IMG/VR virus record: IMGVR_UViG_3300037310_000117
Location: 1-57,369 of that record
Length of the DNA stretch: 57,369 nucleotides
Origin: a virus
Taxonomy: Duplodnaviria; Caudoviricetes
Reading direction: 5' to 3' (one strand)
The notes under the pieces were generated by a model, which was not told the DNA's origin, made no database searches, and was given only the letters and a program-made list of their open reading frames with translations. Positions 19,033 through 29,506 of the stretch are shown in pieces. The position numbers were made by a program, and so were the translations under genes. Position 1 is the stretch's first letter. Every line of letters starts with the position of its first letter.

Positions 19033-19350
19033 GTGGCTGAAGGAACGATTAATGCTGCTGGTGAAGTGGTGGGGCCAGTGGACATCGCTGCCGGCGCAAG
19101 CGGCGTCATCTGCGTGAGCGGGACCATGACGACCGGCTATCTCACGCTGTTCTTCAAGCCGAACGAATCCGACACCTATTTTCCGTGCGACGAAATCAGC
19201 ATCAGCCAGTTGCAGCTGGTGCGCGATGGGTCCGGCATCGCCTACGGCTATTGCTCGGAGATCGCTTTGCCGTGCAGTGGGCGGCTTAAGGTGGCGGCGT
19301 CAACCCCGCTTGACGCCAACTTGCTTGTTCACCTTAGCGCTCGGAGCTAG
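19033..19350 (+). CDS. Spike base/adapter-like protein, copy 2
   Basis: GGAG SD; paralog of 17714..18052. Confidence 0.65.
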   Translation: MAEGTINAAGEVVGPVDIAAGASGVICVSGTMTTGYLTLFFKPNESDTYFPCDEISISQLQLVRDGSGIAYGYCSEIALPCSGRLKVAASTPLDANLLVHLSARS

Positions 19351-19352
19351 CG

Positions 19353-22091
19353 ATGGGCTTTGCTAAGCCGCTGGGCGTCGCTGGTTTCCTGAGATCCGAT
19401 AGCAGTGATCCCACTGACCCGGACATCGCAGCAATCATCAGCGCGCGAAAAGCCACCGCTGCTGGTTCTACGGTGGCGCGGACATTGGCGGAGCGGTTCG
19501 CCGAATACTGCAACGTTCTTGATTATGGCGCAGTGCCAGACTGTACGCGCGGCGCAACTGGCGCCGCCACTGCGAGCGACGCGACTTTCGCCGATGCAAG
19601 TGCGGCCTGGACTGCAGCCGACGTGGGCAAGCCCATCGTCGTGCATGGCGCGGGCGCGGCCGGCATTTCGCTCATCACCACGATTGCGAGCATCAATTCG
19701 AGCACGTCGATTGAGCTGACAGCGGCGCCGTCGACCACGGTGGCCTCGAACTGCAAATACATCTACGGCACCGACAACCGCGCCGCGTTCCAGGCCGCAA
19801 TCGATGAAGCGCTGGACGCGTCCGCCTTCAAGACCGTGTTCATTCCCGATGGGGACTATTTCTTCAGCGTCTCTTCGACCTCGCTCGATCCGGGCGCGGG
19901 CGGCATCTCGTTCGTGGGCCAATCGCGCGAGAGCACGATCCTTTCCTTCTATGAAGGCCCCAGCACGAGCGTCAAATACTACCTGTTCTCCAAGACCACG
20001 ACAACGCGCAAGGGCGACTTGAGCTTCGAGAACATCCAGTTCCGAGGCACGCTCTCTCAGTACGCGCGCAACACTTTCGGCAACCCGCTTTATCTGGATT
20101 TCTACGGCAACGTCTCGATCCGGCATTGCAAGTTCTACGATCTCGCCGGCGCGGCGATGGACTTCCACTCGCTGCTGTCGTTCTCAGTGATCGATTGCTA
20201 TCTGGAGGATATTGGTCGCGACGGTCTACGTTGCCGCGACACACCTGATATCATCGCGACCGGCAATACGATCAAACGCACTGGCGACGATGCGATTGCG
20301 TTTCATACCGCAGACTACCAGATCGAAGCGGATCTTGCTGCGGCCGTACCGATTCGTGAGCGCCTAATCGTTGGCAGCAACATTGTCGTCAATGCAGGCG
20401 CAGTAAAAGTGCTTGGTGGCAAGAAAGTGCGCGTTTGCAACAACGTGCTGCATCTGACGAACGTTTGGGGCCTCCTCATTCACGCCATTCCGGTTGCGGA
20501 AGGCAGCGAGGGCGTCAATCCCGTGCACGACGTGGCGGTGTCCGGCAACATCATTACCGACACGATCTTTGTGGATAGCGCTACACCGCAGACGGCGACA
20601 TCCTACATCTGCGTGCGTGGCCATACGCCGCGCGGCGCGACGGCGACCAACAGCATCAAGCCGATGCGTTACAACTCCACGAGCGGCGCCATCGTCAAGC
20701 CGTGGGATTGGTATCAGGCTGACGAAAGCGACAGCGCCTACGCACTGCCGCCATCGTCCGGTATTGTCATCACGAGCAACACTTGTCGGCGTACTTTGCC
20801 GAATGCCGCCAATTTTAGTGACTGGGGCTACGGAACGAAGCTGGCATCTGGCGTCGCTTATGATCCAGCCATGGACGACACCGATCAGCGTCCAACGAAT
20901 GGTATTCATTTGCGCGGCGCTGATGCTTTTCACGGCGCGATTATCTCAGATAACATCGTCGAGCATACCACGATCGCCATCGCGCTGCCTGAATCAAGCG
21001 CCGACGAACTCGGCGTGCGCAATATGCAGGTTACAAACAATCAACTGCACGACTTCACCAGCAAGGGCGTCAATATCGACGGCGCAGACGCCAAGCACGT
21101 AGGTTTGATCATTCAAGGCAATATCATCGACGGCGATTTCTACCGTGTGGCGTCGAACTCTAACATAGATGGTTCTTACGACGCTGACGGCGACCCGACC
21201 GGTATCGACATTGATGCAGCAGAAGGTGTCATCGTTAAGCACAACAAGTTTTCCAATGTTTGCCGCTTGATTAAGAGCGACACACCGACGAAGTGCGTTA
21301 TCGAGCGCAATGAGGCGATCGCCGCAACGCCAGCCGCCACGGGCTTTAACACCGGCAACAAGGGCATTGGCAATATTCCGGTCGACTATGACTTCCGCTA
21401 CCTTATAGCGGATCAGGACCCGACCTCGGGCACGTACAACGAAATCAGCTCGGTAATGGTGCGCGAGGCCAGCGCTCAACCATCAAGCGGCTGGTATCAC
21501 GCGGGCTGGTTTGTGCGCAACACAAGTCCGACCGCGGCCGGCGGCGGGCCGCTCGGCTGGCAGCGCATCACAACGGGCACTGGCCACACCAAAGGCACGG
21601 ACTGGATTGAGATCACGGCCGGCTGGGTCATCCGCGGCAAAGGCACAGTCGCCGCGCACACCGGCACGACCAGCGAAACGGTGCTTGCCACCGTGGCGAT
21701 TCCAGCGAACGCCCTTGGACCCAACGGGATTATCCGGGTCACCACGTTTTGGAGCGCAATCACCAACTCGGCGAACAACAAGACGCCGCGCGTTCGTTTC
21801 GGCGCATCGGGCGCTGGAGCCGGCGGAACGGCGCTGCGCAATCCGAACCTCACGACGACCGTTGTTTTCCGCGACCAAGTTGAGATTCATAATCTCAACG
21901 CCACCAATTCGCAGAACGCCTTCCAAGCAGCAGTCAGCGCCGGCGGCTGGGGAACGAACGCCAACGCGGCAAGCACGGCGGCAATCGACACCACCGCCGC
22001 GACAGAAATCGCGATCACAGCGCAACTGGCGGATAGCGGCGAGACCATCACACTCTCGCACTACCTAGTCGAGACCCTTTACGGCGCCTGA
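19353..22091 (+). CDS. Spike protein 2 with a pectate-lyase-like right-handed beta-helix (polysaccharide binding/depolymerase)
   Basis: NVLDYGA…GTDNRAAFQAAID…VFIPDGDY, TGDDAIAF, many I.xN.I beta-helix rungs. Confidence 0.85.
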   Translation: MGFAKPLGVAGFLRSDSSDPTDPDIAAIISARKATAAGSTVARTLAERFAEYCNVLDYGAVPDCTRGATGAATASDATFADASAAWTAADVGKPIVVHGAGAAGISLITTIASINSSTSIELTAAPSTTVASNCKYIYGTDNRAAFQAAIDEALDASAFKTVFIPDGDYFFSVSSTSLDPGAGGISFVGQSRESTILSFYEGPSTSVKYYLFSKTTTTRKGDLSFENIQFRGTLSQYARNTFGNPLYLDFYGNVSIRHCKFYDLAGAAMDFHSLLSFSVIDCYLEDIGRDGLRCRDTPDIIATGNTIKRTGDDAIAFHTADYQIEADLAAAVPIRERLIVGSNIVVNAGAVKVLGGKKVRVCNNVLHLTNVWGLLIHAIPVAEGSEGVNPVHDVAVSGNIITDTIFVDSATPQTATSYICVRGHTPRGATATNSIKPMRYNSTSGAIVKPWDWYQADESDSAYALPPSSGIVITSNTCRRTLPNAANFSDWGYGTKLASGVAYDPAMDDTDQRPTNGIHLRGADAFHGAIISDNIVEHTTIAIALPESSADELGVRNMQVTNNQLHDFTSKGVNIDGADAKHVGLIIQGNIIDGDFYRVASNSNIDGSYDADGDPTGIDIDAAEGVIVKHNKFSNVCRLIKSDTPTKCVIERNEAIAATPAATGFNTGNKGIGNIPVDYDFRYLIADQDPTSGTYNEISSVMVREASAQPSSGWYHAGWFVRNTSPTAAGGGPLGWQRITTGTGHTKGTDWIEITAGWVIRGKGTVAAHTGTTSETVLATVAIPANALGPNGIIRVTTFWSAITNSANNKTPRVRFGASGAGAGGTALRNPNLTTTVVFRDQVEIHNLNATNSQNAFQAAVSAGGWGTNANAASTAAIDTTAATEIAITAQLADSGETITLSHYLVETLYGA

Positions 22092-22324
22092 CGAATTGAC
22101 TACCCTGCGCACAGTGCCAGTGGTTTCTCTCCCCAGTCGCGCCATTTCCGTAGATGATGCTCAGCGGTTCGCGGCGTACCTCGCTTTTTACCGCGACGGC
22201 GCGTCCATGTCCGAGGCGCAGTTTCGCGAGCATCTGAAGGAAAAAGCGTTTGTGGCGTGGCTTCAGGCCAGCGGATACGGCGCGTTCGCGCGTGGTTCAG
22301 CCGCCTGAGGCGATAGCCTGAGGC

Positions 22325-23311
22325 ATGCCTGAGCCAACACCTAATTCCCCGCCCGCTCCGCCCAATGACGCCTGGAGCACCCAGCGCGCCGCGCTTGCCG
22401 GCGGCGACCAGACCCGCGCGCAATTGCTGGAAAGCATTGCTTCGCCCGACCAGTTGTTCGAGCGCCTCACCGCTAAGCCACCAGAATTCGACTGGCGCAA
22501 GGCGATGGCCGGCGAGGACGCCGACGAGATCAAGTATCTCGAGCGCTTTCCTGACCTGCCGACGGCGCGCAAGTCTTGGCGCGAGGCCGACAAGCGGATC
22601 AACGAATCGGGTCGGGTGAAGATCCCCGGCGAGAACGCCACCGACGCCGACAAGGCCGAGTGGGCCAAGGCGATCGGGCTGGCCGAGAAGCCGGACGCCT
22701 ACGAGATCACGGCCGCGCCGCCGGCTGGCTACCAGATCAGCGACGGCGACAAAGCGATCGTCGGGCGGCTGCAAGCCAAGCTGCATGAGGCGCTAGCCGG
22801 CGGCGCGCGCGCGCCGGACCTGATGAACATCGCCACGCAGTTCTATTTCGACGAGTCGATGAACGCTGCGAACGCGGCGGAGGACCGCGCGGCGGAGGCG
22901 GCGGTGGAAACCGAGGCGCAGCTCAAGGACCTGTGGGGCGGCCAGTACGATGCGAACGTGCAGTGGGCCGTTGCGGGCTTGAAGCAGTTTTTCGTGCCGT
23001 CATCGCCAGACAAGCTGGATGAAGAGCTCGACCAGTTTCTCGGTATCCCTCTCGCCACCGGCCACAAGCTCGGCGATCATCCGATGATCCTGCGCATGTT
23101 CTCGACGGTCGGGCGCCAGTTCGCGGAGGATCCGTTCTTCCTGAAGATGAAGGGTGAGAACCAGGGTTTCGATCCTGCCAAGCGCAAGGCCGAAATCATG
23201 GCGCTGCGCGAGACCAACACGAAGCTTTACGCTTCACCGGAAATCCAGGCTGAGCTCGACCGCATCAATGCCGGGCTTGCTCGCCGCGAAGAACAAGGGC
23301 GCGCGCGGTAA
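22325..23311 (+). CDS. Capsid scaffolding protein
   Basis: KIPGENAT…IG..EKPDAY, LKDLWGGQYDANV, LGDHPMILRMF; directly upstream of the capsid gene. Confidence 0.85.
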   Translation: MPEPTPNSPPAPPNDAWSTQRAALAGGDQTRAQLLESIASPDQLFERLTAKPPEFDWRKAMAGEDADEIKYLERFPDLPTARKSWREADKRINESGRVKIPGENATDADKAEWAKAIGLAEKPDAYEITAAPPAGYQISDGDKAIVGRLQAKLHEALAGGARAPDLMNIATQFYFDESMNAANAAEDRAAEAAVETEAQLKDLWGGQYDANVQWAVAGLKQFFVPSSPDKLDEELDQFLGIPLATGHKLGDHPMILRMFSTVGRQFAEDPFFLKMKGENQGFDPAKRKAEIMALRETNTKLYASPEIQAELDRINAGLARREEQGRAR

Positions 23312-23376
23312 AACGTGCGTCAACCCCTCGGAGCCCGTGCGCGCCTTTGACGGCGATCGGCGCACACGAACGCTCC

Positions 23377-23453
23377 CGCGGTCAACCCGTTCGCTGAACG
23401 GCGCCGCGCGTAACGAAAGGCCGCTGACGGCGCCCGCTAAGGGTCAACCCGTT
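23377..23453 (+). ncRNA. Structured 5' leader of the major capsid gene (two hairpins with the same internal loop)
   Basis: GG-UCAAC-CC / GG-CG-CC internal loop in hairpins 23377-23408 and 23426-23453. Confidence 0.6.
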
Positions 23454-23532
23454 CGCAGCCGGCATCGCCTCCACCAACACAAGCGCACCAGCGCCTCTGA
23501 GCGCATGCGCGTAACGTTATGGAGAAACCGGC

Positions 23533-24402
23533 ATGGCCGTGTTCACATTCGACGCAACGTTTCGGACCAAGTACCAAGACGAATTCAAGATGGATTACGA
23601 GCGCACGCAGGCCAAGCTCAAGATGGCCGTGCGCTCTGACGGCGTTGTGCGCGCTGACACCGTGAAATGGGATGTGGTGGATCCTGGCGACGTCGCCAAC
23701 GTCCGTGGCCGCAACGGCAATATCCCCGTCTCGCAGCTCGGCTTCAGCCAAGTGTCGGGCACGCTGCTTGAGCACTTCAAGAAATACCCGATCGACAGCT
23801 TCGACGAATTCCGCGGCAATCCGAACGTGCGCGCGGCTATGTCGAAGCGCGGCATCGGCTCGATCAACCGCGCCATCGACCAGGTGATCATCGACGCGAT
23901 GGACGCTTCATCGACAGCCATCACCGCGTCGACCAACGGCGCCTCCAACCAGGCGGCGGCGCTCTCCTCGCTGGCTAACGTCGATCACTGGCTGTCGTTC
24001 CTGCTCGAGGCGGACGTGCCGGCCGACGACGGCGAAATCTGGGCCGTAATCTCGGTCAAGGCGTTCCTGCAGATGCAGCGCATCGCCGAGTTCAAGAGCC
24101 ACGATTACGTCGACTACAAGCCGATGCCGGACATGCCGACGTCACGCGTGCTGCGCTGGCAGGGCGTGAACTGGCTCTCGCACAACGGCCTCAGCGGCAA
24201 GGGCACGGCCGCGTGCAAGATGTACATGTTCCACAAGTCGGCGATCGGCCACCAGGTGTCCGGCGATCCCGAGGCGCACTCGTATTATTACGAGCCGGAG
24301 GATCGCTATGAAACGTGGTTCAAGGCGATGCACGTCGCCAAGACCTGCCTCGTGCGCGGCATCGTCCAATACTATCACGACGACACCGCCGCGCTGGCGT
24401 AA
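23533..24402 (+). CDS. Major capsid protein
   Basis: GGAG SD, strongly biased codons, INRAIDQVIIDAM, EFKSHDYV, MFHKSAIG, GIV; synteny. Confidence 0.9.
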   Translation: MAVFTFDATFRTKYQDEFKMDYERTQAKLKMAVRSDGVVRADTVKWDVVDPGDVANVRGRNGNIPVSQLGFSQVSGTLLEHFKKYPIDSFDEFRGNPNVRAAMSKRGIGSINRAIDQVIIDAMDASSTAITASTNGASNQAAALSSLANVDHWLSFLLEADVPADDGEIWAVISVKAFLQMQRIAEFKSHDYVDYKPMPDMPTSRVLRWQGVNWLSHNGLSGKGTAACKMYMFHKSAIGHQVSGDPEAHSYYYEPEDRYETWFKAMHVAKTCLVRGIVQYYHDDTAALA

Positions 24403-24441
24403 GGCGCGCTGGTTCAAGGGTTTTAGATTTCGGAGAAGACC

Positions 24442-24789
24442 ATGGCTTACGACAACACTGGCAACAAATACTGCCGCAAGGTGCTTGATCTTGGCGGAGA
24501 CATCGGCGGCTCGCTTTGGGTGCTCGATACGGTGGACGCTGAGACTGCCGTCGACGCGGCCGGCTACATCAGCGACGGCAAGGCGCTCGGCTTCCGCAAG
24601 GGCGACATCGTGATCGCCCGGCGTTGGACGACGACGCTGCCGGCGGCCGATTCCGAGTTGATCACGCCGGACGGCACCGCCAATGATCTGATCTCGGTGT
24701 TCCTCCACTTCGTGATCGGCATCAATGCGACGACGCTGGCTCCGGACCTGACGAACGGGCTGGCGATTACGGCGACGAATTCCGACTAG
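24442..24789 (+). CDS. Capsid cement/decoration protein
   Basis: VDAAGYISDG..LG.RKGDIV; follows the capsid gene before a terminator. Confidence 0.7.
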   Translation: MAYDNTGNKYCRKVLDLGGDIGGSLWVLDTVDAETAVDAAGYISDGKALGFRKGDIVIARRWTTTLPAADSELITPDGTANDLISVFLHFVIGINATTLAPDLTNGLAITATNSD

Positions 24790-24865
24790 AGTCGGAGTGG
24801 GTGGCTGGGGAGCGGCGCGCCGCTGCGGCGGCTCACCGAAGCGTTTGCCCGCTGTTCAGGCGCTC

Positions 24866-24906
24866 GGGGCGAGGGTTCCTCATGGGGTCCTCGCCCCTTC
24901 CTTTTT
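24866..24906 (+). terminator. Intrinsic terminator after the capsid genes
   Basis: GGGGCGAGG…CCTCGCCCC stem then TTCCTTTTT. Confidence 0.8.
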
Positions 24907-24929
24907 GCGTATCTTGAGCCGGAGATCCT

Positions 24930-25403
24930 ATGGCTGCCGCCCCAAAACACGTCACCATTCACCGCTGCCCTAAGGGCGCGATCGTGCTGGAAACCGAAAG
25001 CATGAGCGGCAAGGGCCGCGCGTCCTGGTACGCGCAGATCCCGTCTGAACACGGGATCGAAGACGTGCTGCGGCCCGAATATTTCGGCCTGATGCAGTCG
25101 GAAACGCAGATGGGCAAGGTGCTCCGCGCCGGCGACTTGATCGACATTGAGCCGGAGAACGCACGCTGGCGGCTTCAGGTGCGGGTGATGGGTCTGCGTT
25201 TCCGCACCCAGCAAGTTATCCTGCGCGAAGCGCAGCGCTGGGACTTCAGCGTGAAGGAGCCGCCCGGCTTCCGCTTCGTCTGGAACGGCACGCAGGCCGG
25301 CTGGGAGATCTACAAGGGCGACACGCTGGTCGATTCCGGCTTCACCACGGAAGACGAGTGCTTGGCGCGCGTGGAGGAATTGCGGCGTGAGAAGGCGGCG
25401 TGA
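24930..25403 (+). CDS. Conserved hypothetical phage protein
   Basis: GGAG SD; EDVLRPEYF…LRAGDLIDI. Confidence 0.75.
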   Translation: MAAAPKHVTIHRCPKGAIVLETESMSGKGRASWYAQIPSEHGIEDVLRPEYFGLMQSETQMGKVLRAGDLIDIEPENARWRLQVRVMGLRFRTQQVILREAQRWDFSVKEPPGFRFVWNGTQAGWEIYKGDTLVDSGFTTEDECLARVEELRREKAA

Positions 25404-25438
25404 CAAAGTGGCGTGAGAAAGCGGCGCGGGGATAACCT

Positions 25439-26056
25439 GTGACAACCCAGGTTGACGTCATCAACTCTGCGCTGATCGACTGCGAGCAGCCGGAGGCGAG
25501 TGGGCCGAACGATACCTCGACCTGGGTGCGGCGCGTGCGCAACCGCTACGCGCCGACGGCAAAGAAGCTGCTCGAGCGGCATCCATGGAATTTCGCGATG
25601 ACGCGGGTGCAGTTGCAGGACAGCGGTGTTGAACCGATCGGGCGCGACTTCTCCTACACCAAGCCCGCCGACTGCCTGCGCATCGTCACGCTGAACACGA
25701 CCGGCAACGCCGATGAGAACAGCACCCCGGATTACGAGGATGAGGCTGGCTACATTCTCTGTGACCTGGACCCATGCTATTTGCGGTACGTCTCCGCCAA
25801 TTTCCTGACCAAGGAAGGCGCGTGGCCGCAAGTGTTCGCGGACGCTGTGTCTTCGGAGCTGGCGGCCAAGTGCTACGGCGTGTTCGGGAAGTCGGCGACC
25901 AAGAAAGAGGAGCTGAAGAAGGACGCGGCCAAGGCGTTGCAAGCGGCGAAGTCGTGGGATGCGGCGCAGCAGCCGTTCCGACGCTTGCCGCGCGGGCGCT
26001 GGGCGTCGTCACGCGCAGGGGCATCGTGGCCGCGCAGCGCGCCAGAAGAATCATAG
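25439..26056 (+). CDS. Tail tubular protein A / adaptor (T7 gp11-like)
   Basis: VDVINSAL, LLERHPWNFAM.R..L, Y.KPADCLRI, F.DAV..ELAA. Confidence 0.88.
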   Translation: MTTQVDVINSALIDCEQPEASGPNDTSTWVRRVRNRYAPTAKKLLERHPWNFAMTRVQLQDSGVEPIGRDFSYTKPADCLRIVTLNTTGNADENSTPDYEDEAGYILCDLDPCYLRYVSANFLTKEGAWPQVFADAVSSELAAKCYGVFGKSATKKEELKKDAAKALQAAKSWDAAQQPFRRLPRGRWASSRAGASWPRSAPEES

Positions 26057-26094
26057 ATGCGCGCGCTCGCGGCTCATGATGATGGCACTCGCTG

Positions 26095-28911
26095 ATGGCT
26101 AACATGAACGTCCCTCTCGTCAACTTCAACGGCGGCGAAATCGGCGTTGAAGCGCAGGCGCGGGTTGACCTGGATTTCTACCCGACCTGCGCGGCGACGA
26201 TGGAAAACGCTCTGCCGCTGATGCAGGGCGCGATGATCAAGGCGCCAGGCACCGAATACGTCGGGCGCACCTATACGGATTCGGCGGCGATCGTGCGGCC
26301 GTTCGTGTTCGACGTCGACCAGACGCGTGTGCTGGAGTTCACCGACAGCCGCATCGATATTGTCGACGGCAATTCCTATGTCGATATTGACGGTGCTGCG
26401 GCGACGATCGGCACGCCCGTTGACAATGGCTCCAGCGGTGGCGGCTCGGTATCTGTCGTCGGGCAAAACGTGACGTTCACGGCAGCGGCGTCCGGCGAGG
26501 CCGCGGCTTATTGGCCGATTACGTCGGGCGTGAACGGCACGCCGGTGACGTTTCGGTTCGAGATCGAGCGCCGTCCGTTGTCGATCCGTGTCGGTACTAC
26601 CACGACTGGCATGGACATTGCCTTGCCTGGGCCAAGCGGCACTTACGATCTGACGCTCGATCCCGGCATTCACATCATCACGTTCACGCCAACTGCGACG
26701 AGCTACTACATCCGCGCGCGGCTGCGCGAGCAGGGCAAGGCGGTGATGAAGGGCCTGACGCGGCTGCAAGCGGGCGGCGGCGCTTCCGGGTTCTTTATCC
26801 CGACGCCGTGGCTGGAAGCGGATCTGCCGCGGCTGCGCTACCGGCAAAGCCTCGACACCTACTGGCTTTATCACCCTGATTATCGCCCCCGCGTGCTTGA
26901 GCGACGCGCCAACACGTCATGGTCGCTGCGGCTGTTTCGGCCGATCGATGGGCCGTTCGAGACACCCAATGTGTCGACGACGACGTTCACAGTAGGGGCG
27001 CTGCAGGGCAGCACGACCGGTACGTTCAGTGCGCCGATGCTGACGGCCGCAAGCGTCGGGCAGCTGATCGAAGCGACGCATCAGGGGCAAACCGAAACTG
27101 AGACGTTTTCCGGCGTTGACCAGGAGACCGGCCATATTCGCGTGTTCGGGACGGAAACCAATCGCGTCTTCCATCTGAGCATCACCGGCACGTTTACGGC
27201 GACGGTGAAGCTGCAGCGTTCGGTGAACGAAGCCGACTGGCTCGACGTCGACAGCTACACGGCGGCAACCGAAGTCGACATTGACGATGAGCTGGACAAC
27301 CAGATTATCTATTACCGCGTGCTGTGCTCGGCCTACACATCAGGCTCGCCAGTGGCGACGCTGACTTATGCGGGCGGTGAGACGACGGGCCGGGCGGAGA
27401 TTGTGGAGTACGTGTCGGCGACAGTCGCGACGATCGAGGTTGTGGAGGACTTCGGCTCGACCGATGCAACGGCGATCTGGAGCATTGGCGCATGGTCGGA
27501 TGAATTCGGCTGGCCGGCGGCCGGTACGCTGGACGATGGCCGGCACGCGCTGGTACGTGATAACCGGTTCTGGGCCTCGGTGTCTGACAGCTTCGAAAGC
27601 TTCCTGCTCGGGGTCGATTCAGCCGACGCCATCGCGCGGCGTTTCGGTACCGGGGAAATGAATTCCTCGCGCTGGATCGAAAGCGGCCGGCGGCTGCTGA
27701 TCGGCACCAGCGGGGCCGAGCTCGAGGTGACGTCAAATGCGCTGGACGAGCCGATTACGCCGCTGGCGAATCGGCTGCGCGGGTTCGACGACAACGGTTC
27801 GGCGGACACGCAGGCGATGAAGGCGGGCGCCAATCGCATCCTGTTCATCGACCGCACCCGCACGCGGCTGCTGCAATGCCTGTACGACAACGACTCCAAT
27901 TCCGAGCAGCACGACACCGACGATCTGACGCGCTTGCACCAGGACATTGCCGGACTGATCAGCGCAGAGGAACTGGAAGCCGGCACGGGGGGCTTTGTCG
28001 AGATTGCGGTGCAGCGACGGCCGGAGCCGCGCGTGTGGTGCGTGCGCTCGGACGGGCAATTGGCTGTGCTGTTGTTCGGCCCGCGCGAGGGCGTTTATGC
28101 ATGGGCGCGGATCAAGGCGGCGGAAACGGCGGACGGATCGGAAGGCGCGTTTAAGAGCGTCTGCGTTATTCCCGGCATGCCGGAGGATCGCGTGCACGTC
28201 ATCGTGGAGCGCACCATTGATGGAACGACGCGCATGCACCACGAGCGCTTCGGGTTGCAGAAATTCCCGATCGAAACGGAATTGGTCGCGGACGATTACG
28301 CAGAAGACGGCTCTGGGTTCCGCGAAGTGCGGACAGCGCCGGATGCGTGGCGGCTGCAGGCGGCGCTCTATTCGACCGGCGCGCCAGCGGACACGTTCAC
28401 GGGACTGGATCATCTGGAAGGCGAGAGCGTGTCAATTTGGGCCGATGGGCGCGTGCATCCGGCGCGTACCGTGGAGAGCGGGGCGATCACGCTCGATGAC
28501 GAATACGAAACAGTGCTGATCGGGCTCAATTACATCGGCAAGTGGCAATCGGTGAAGCTGGCCTATGGCGCGCAATTCGGGACGGCGCTGACTATGGAGA
28601 AGAGTGTCGGCGCGATCGGCTTTGCGGTGCACAACACGCCGGCTGGCGCCGTCAAATACGGGCGCACCTTCAAGGAGGCGTTGTCGACCGGTGAGGAAAC
28701 GTCAGGCGGCGATGATTTACGCGAAACCGATCTCGATAGCGAAGGCGACTTCCTGATGGATCAGCCGGCGGAATTGCTGAGCCACGATTATCATCAGCCA
28801 TTCGACGGTCGCACCGACATTGACGCGCGCGTATGCGTGGTGATGGACACGCCAGCGCCGGTGACGATTCTAGGCATGGTGCCAGGGGTGGAGCTGCATG
28901 AGCGGACCTGA
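26095..28911 (+). CDS. Tail tubular protein B / nozzle (T7 gp12-like)
   Basis: NFNGGEI, GAWSDEFGWP, LLIGTSGAE, WCVRSDGQL, GLDHLEGESVSIWADG, IGLNY. Confidence 0.9.
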   Translation: MANMNVPLVNFNGGEIGVEAQARVDLDFYPTCAATMENALPLMQGAMIKAPGTEYVGRTYTDSAAIVRPFVFDVDQTRVLEFTDSRIDIVDGNSYVDIDGAAATIGTPVDNGSSGGGSVSVVGQNVTFTAAASGEAAAYWPITSGVNGTPVTFRFEIERRPLSIRVGTTTTGMDIALPGPSGTYDLTLDPGIHIITFTPTATSYYIRARLREQGKAVMKGLTRLQAGGGASGFFIPTPWLEADLPRLRYRQSLDTYWLYHPDYRPRVLERRANTSWSLRLFRPIDGPFETPNVSTTTFTVGALQGSTTGTFSAPMLTAASVGQLIEATHQGQTETETFSGVDQETGHIRVFGTETNRVFHLSITGTFTATVKLQRSVNEADWLDVDSYTAATEVDIDDELDNQIIYYRVLCSAYTSGSPVATLTYAGGETTGRAEIVEYVSATVATIEVVEDFGSTDATAIWSIGAWSDEFGWPAAGTLDDGRHALVRDNRFWASVSDSFESFLLGVDSADAIARRFGTGEMNSSRWIESGRRLLIGTSGAELEVTSNALDEPITPLANRLRGFDDNGSADTQAMKAGANRILFIDRTRTRLLQCLYDNDSNSEQHDTDDLTRLHQDIAGLISAEELEAGTGGFVEIAVQRRPEPRVWCVRSDGQLAVLLFGPREGVYAWARIKAAETADGSEGAFKSVCVIPGMPEDRVHVIVERTIDGTTRMHHERFGLQKFPIETELVADDYAEDGSGFREVRTAPDAWRLQAALYSTGAPADTFTGLDHLEGESVSIWADGRVHPARTVESGAITLDDEYETVLIGLNYIGKWQSVKLAYGAQFGTALTMEKSVGAIGFAVHNTPAGAVKYGRTFKEALSTGEETSGGDDLRETDLDSEGDFLMDQPAELLSHDYHQPFDGRTDIDARVCVVMDTPAPVTILGMVPGVELHERT

Positions 28912-29506
28912 GGCGGAGGGACGCGAGGGTGGTTGCGAGGGCGGTTTCGAACCGCTGGTCTGGCAGCACATCCGCGAGTTTGGGCAGCTGAGTCCGGCTT
29001 GGGCGAGGGTTTCCGACGCGCGGCTGCGGTTCATTCCGATGCTGGGGTATATCTATCGCAATCCCGCGCCAGACGGGGCGCGCGGGGCGATAGCCTTCAT
29101 TGGCGGCGTGTTCTGGTTCGGGCGCGTGGCGGAAGCGATGTTCGCATTCTCGTCCGCCGCGCCTCTTCTCGGCGCTGACGGGCATCCTGTGGCAGCGGCG
29201 ATACGTTCGCGGTGGGTTCATTGCGGAGCGCTTGAAGTGCTGGAATTGGCGCACCGCGTCTCGCCCGTGATCCACGCCCGGCTGGATAACGATGTGCCGG
29301 CGGCGCGGCGGTGGCTTCTGCGACTGGGATTTACCCAGTCGCCCGACGATGAGGATTTGTGGACGCATGGCTTGGTTCGCGGCAGCAGCGTCGTCGATCG
29401 GCTCCTTCATCGGCGGCAACGCAGCCGCGATTGCGTCGCTGGCGGCGGCGGGCCTGAGCGCTTACGGCCAGTATCAGCAGGGACAAGCCCAGCAGCGTCA
29501 GGCTAA
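28898..29506 (+). CDS. GNAT-fold protein (T7 gp13-like position)
   Basis: AARRWLLRLGF motif; lies between nozzle and ejection genes; 3' end overlaps the next gene. Confidence 0.6.
   Translation: MSGPEAEGREGGCEGGFEPLVWQHIREFGQLSPAWARVSDARLRFIPMLGYIYRNPAPDGARGAIAFIGGVFWFGRVAEAMFAFSSAAPLLGADGHPVAAAIRSRWVHCGALEVLELAHRVSPVIHARLDNDVPAARRWLLRLGFTQSPDDEDLWTHGLVRGSSVVDRLLHRRQRSRDCVAGGGGPERLRPVSAGTSPAASG

Noticed and set aside
18500-22091. Diversity-generating retroelement (TR/VR) between the spike C-termini
   Set aside because: No reverse transcriptase; differences are not adenine-specific; ordinary paralogy
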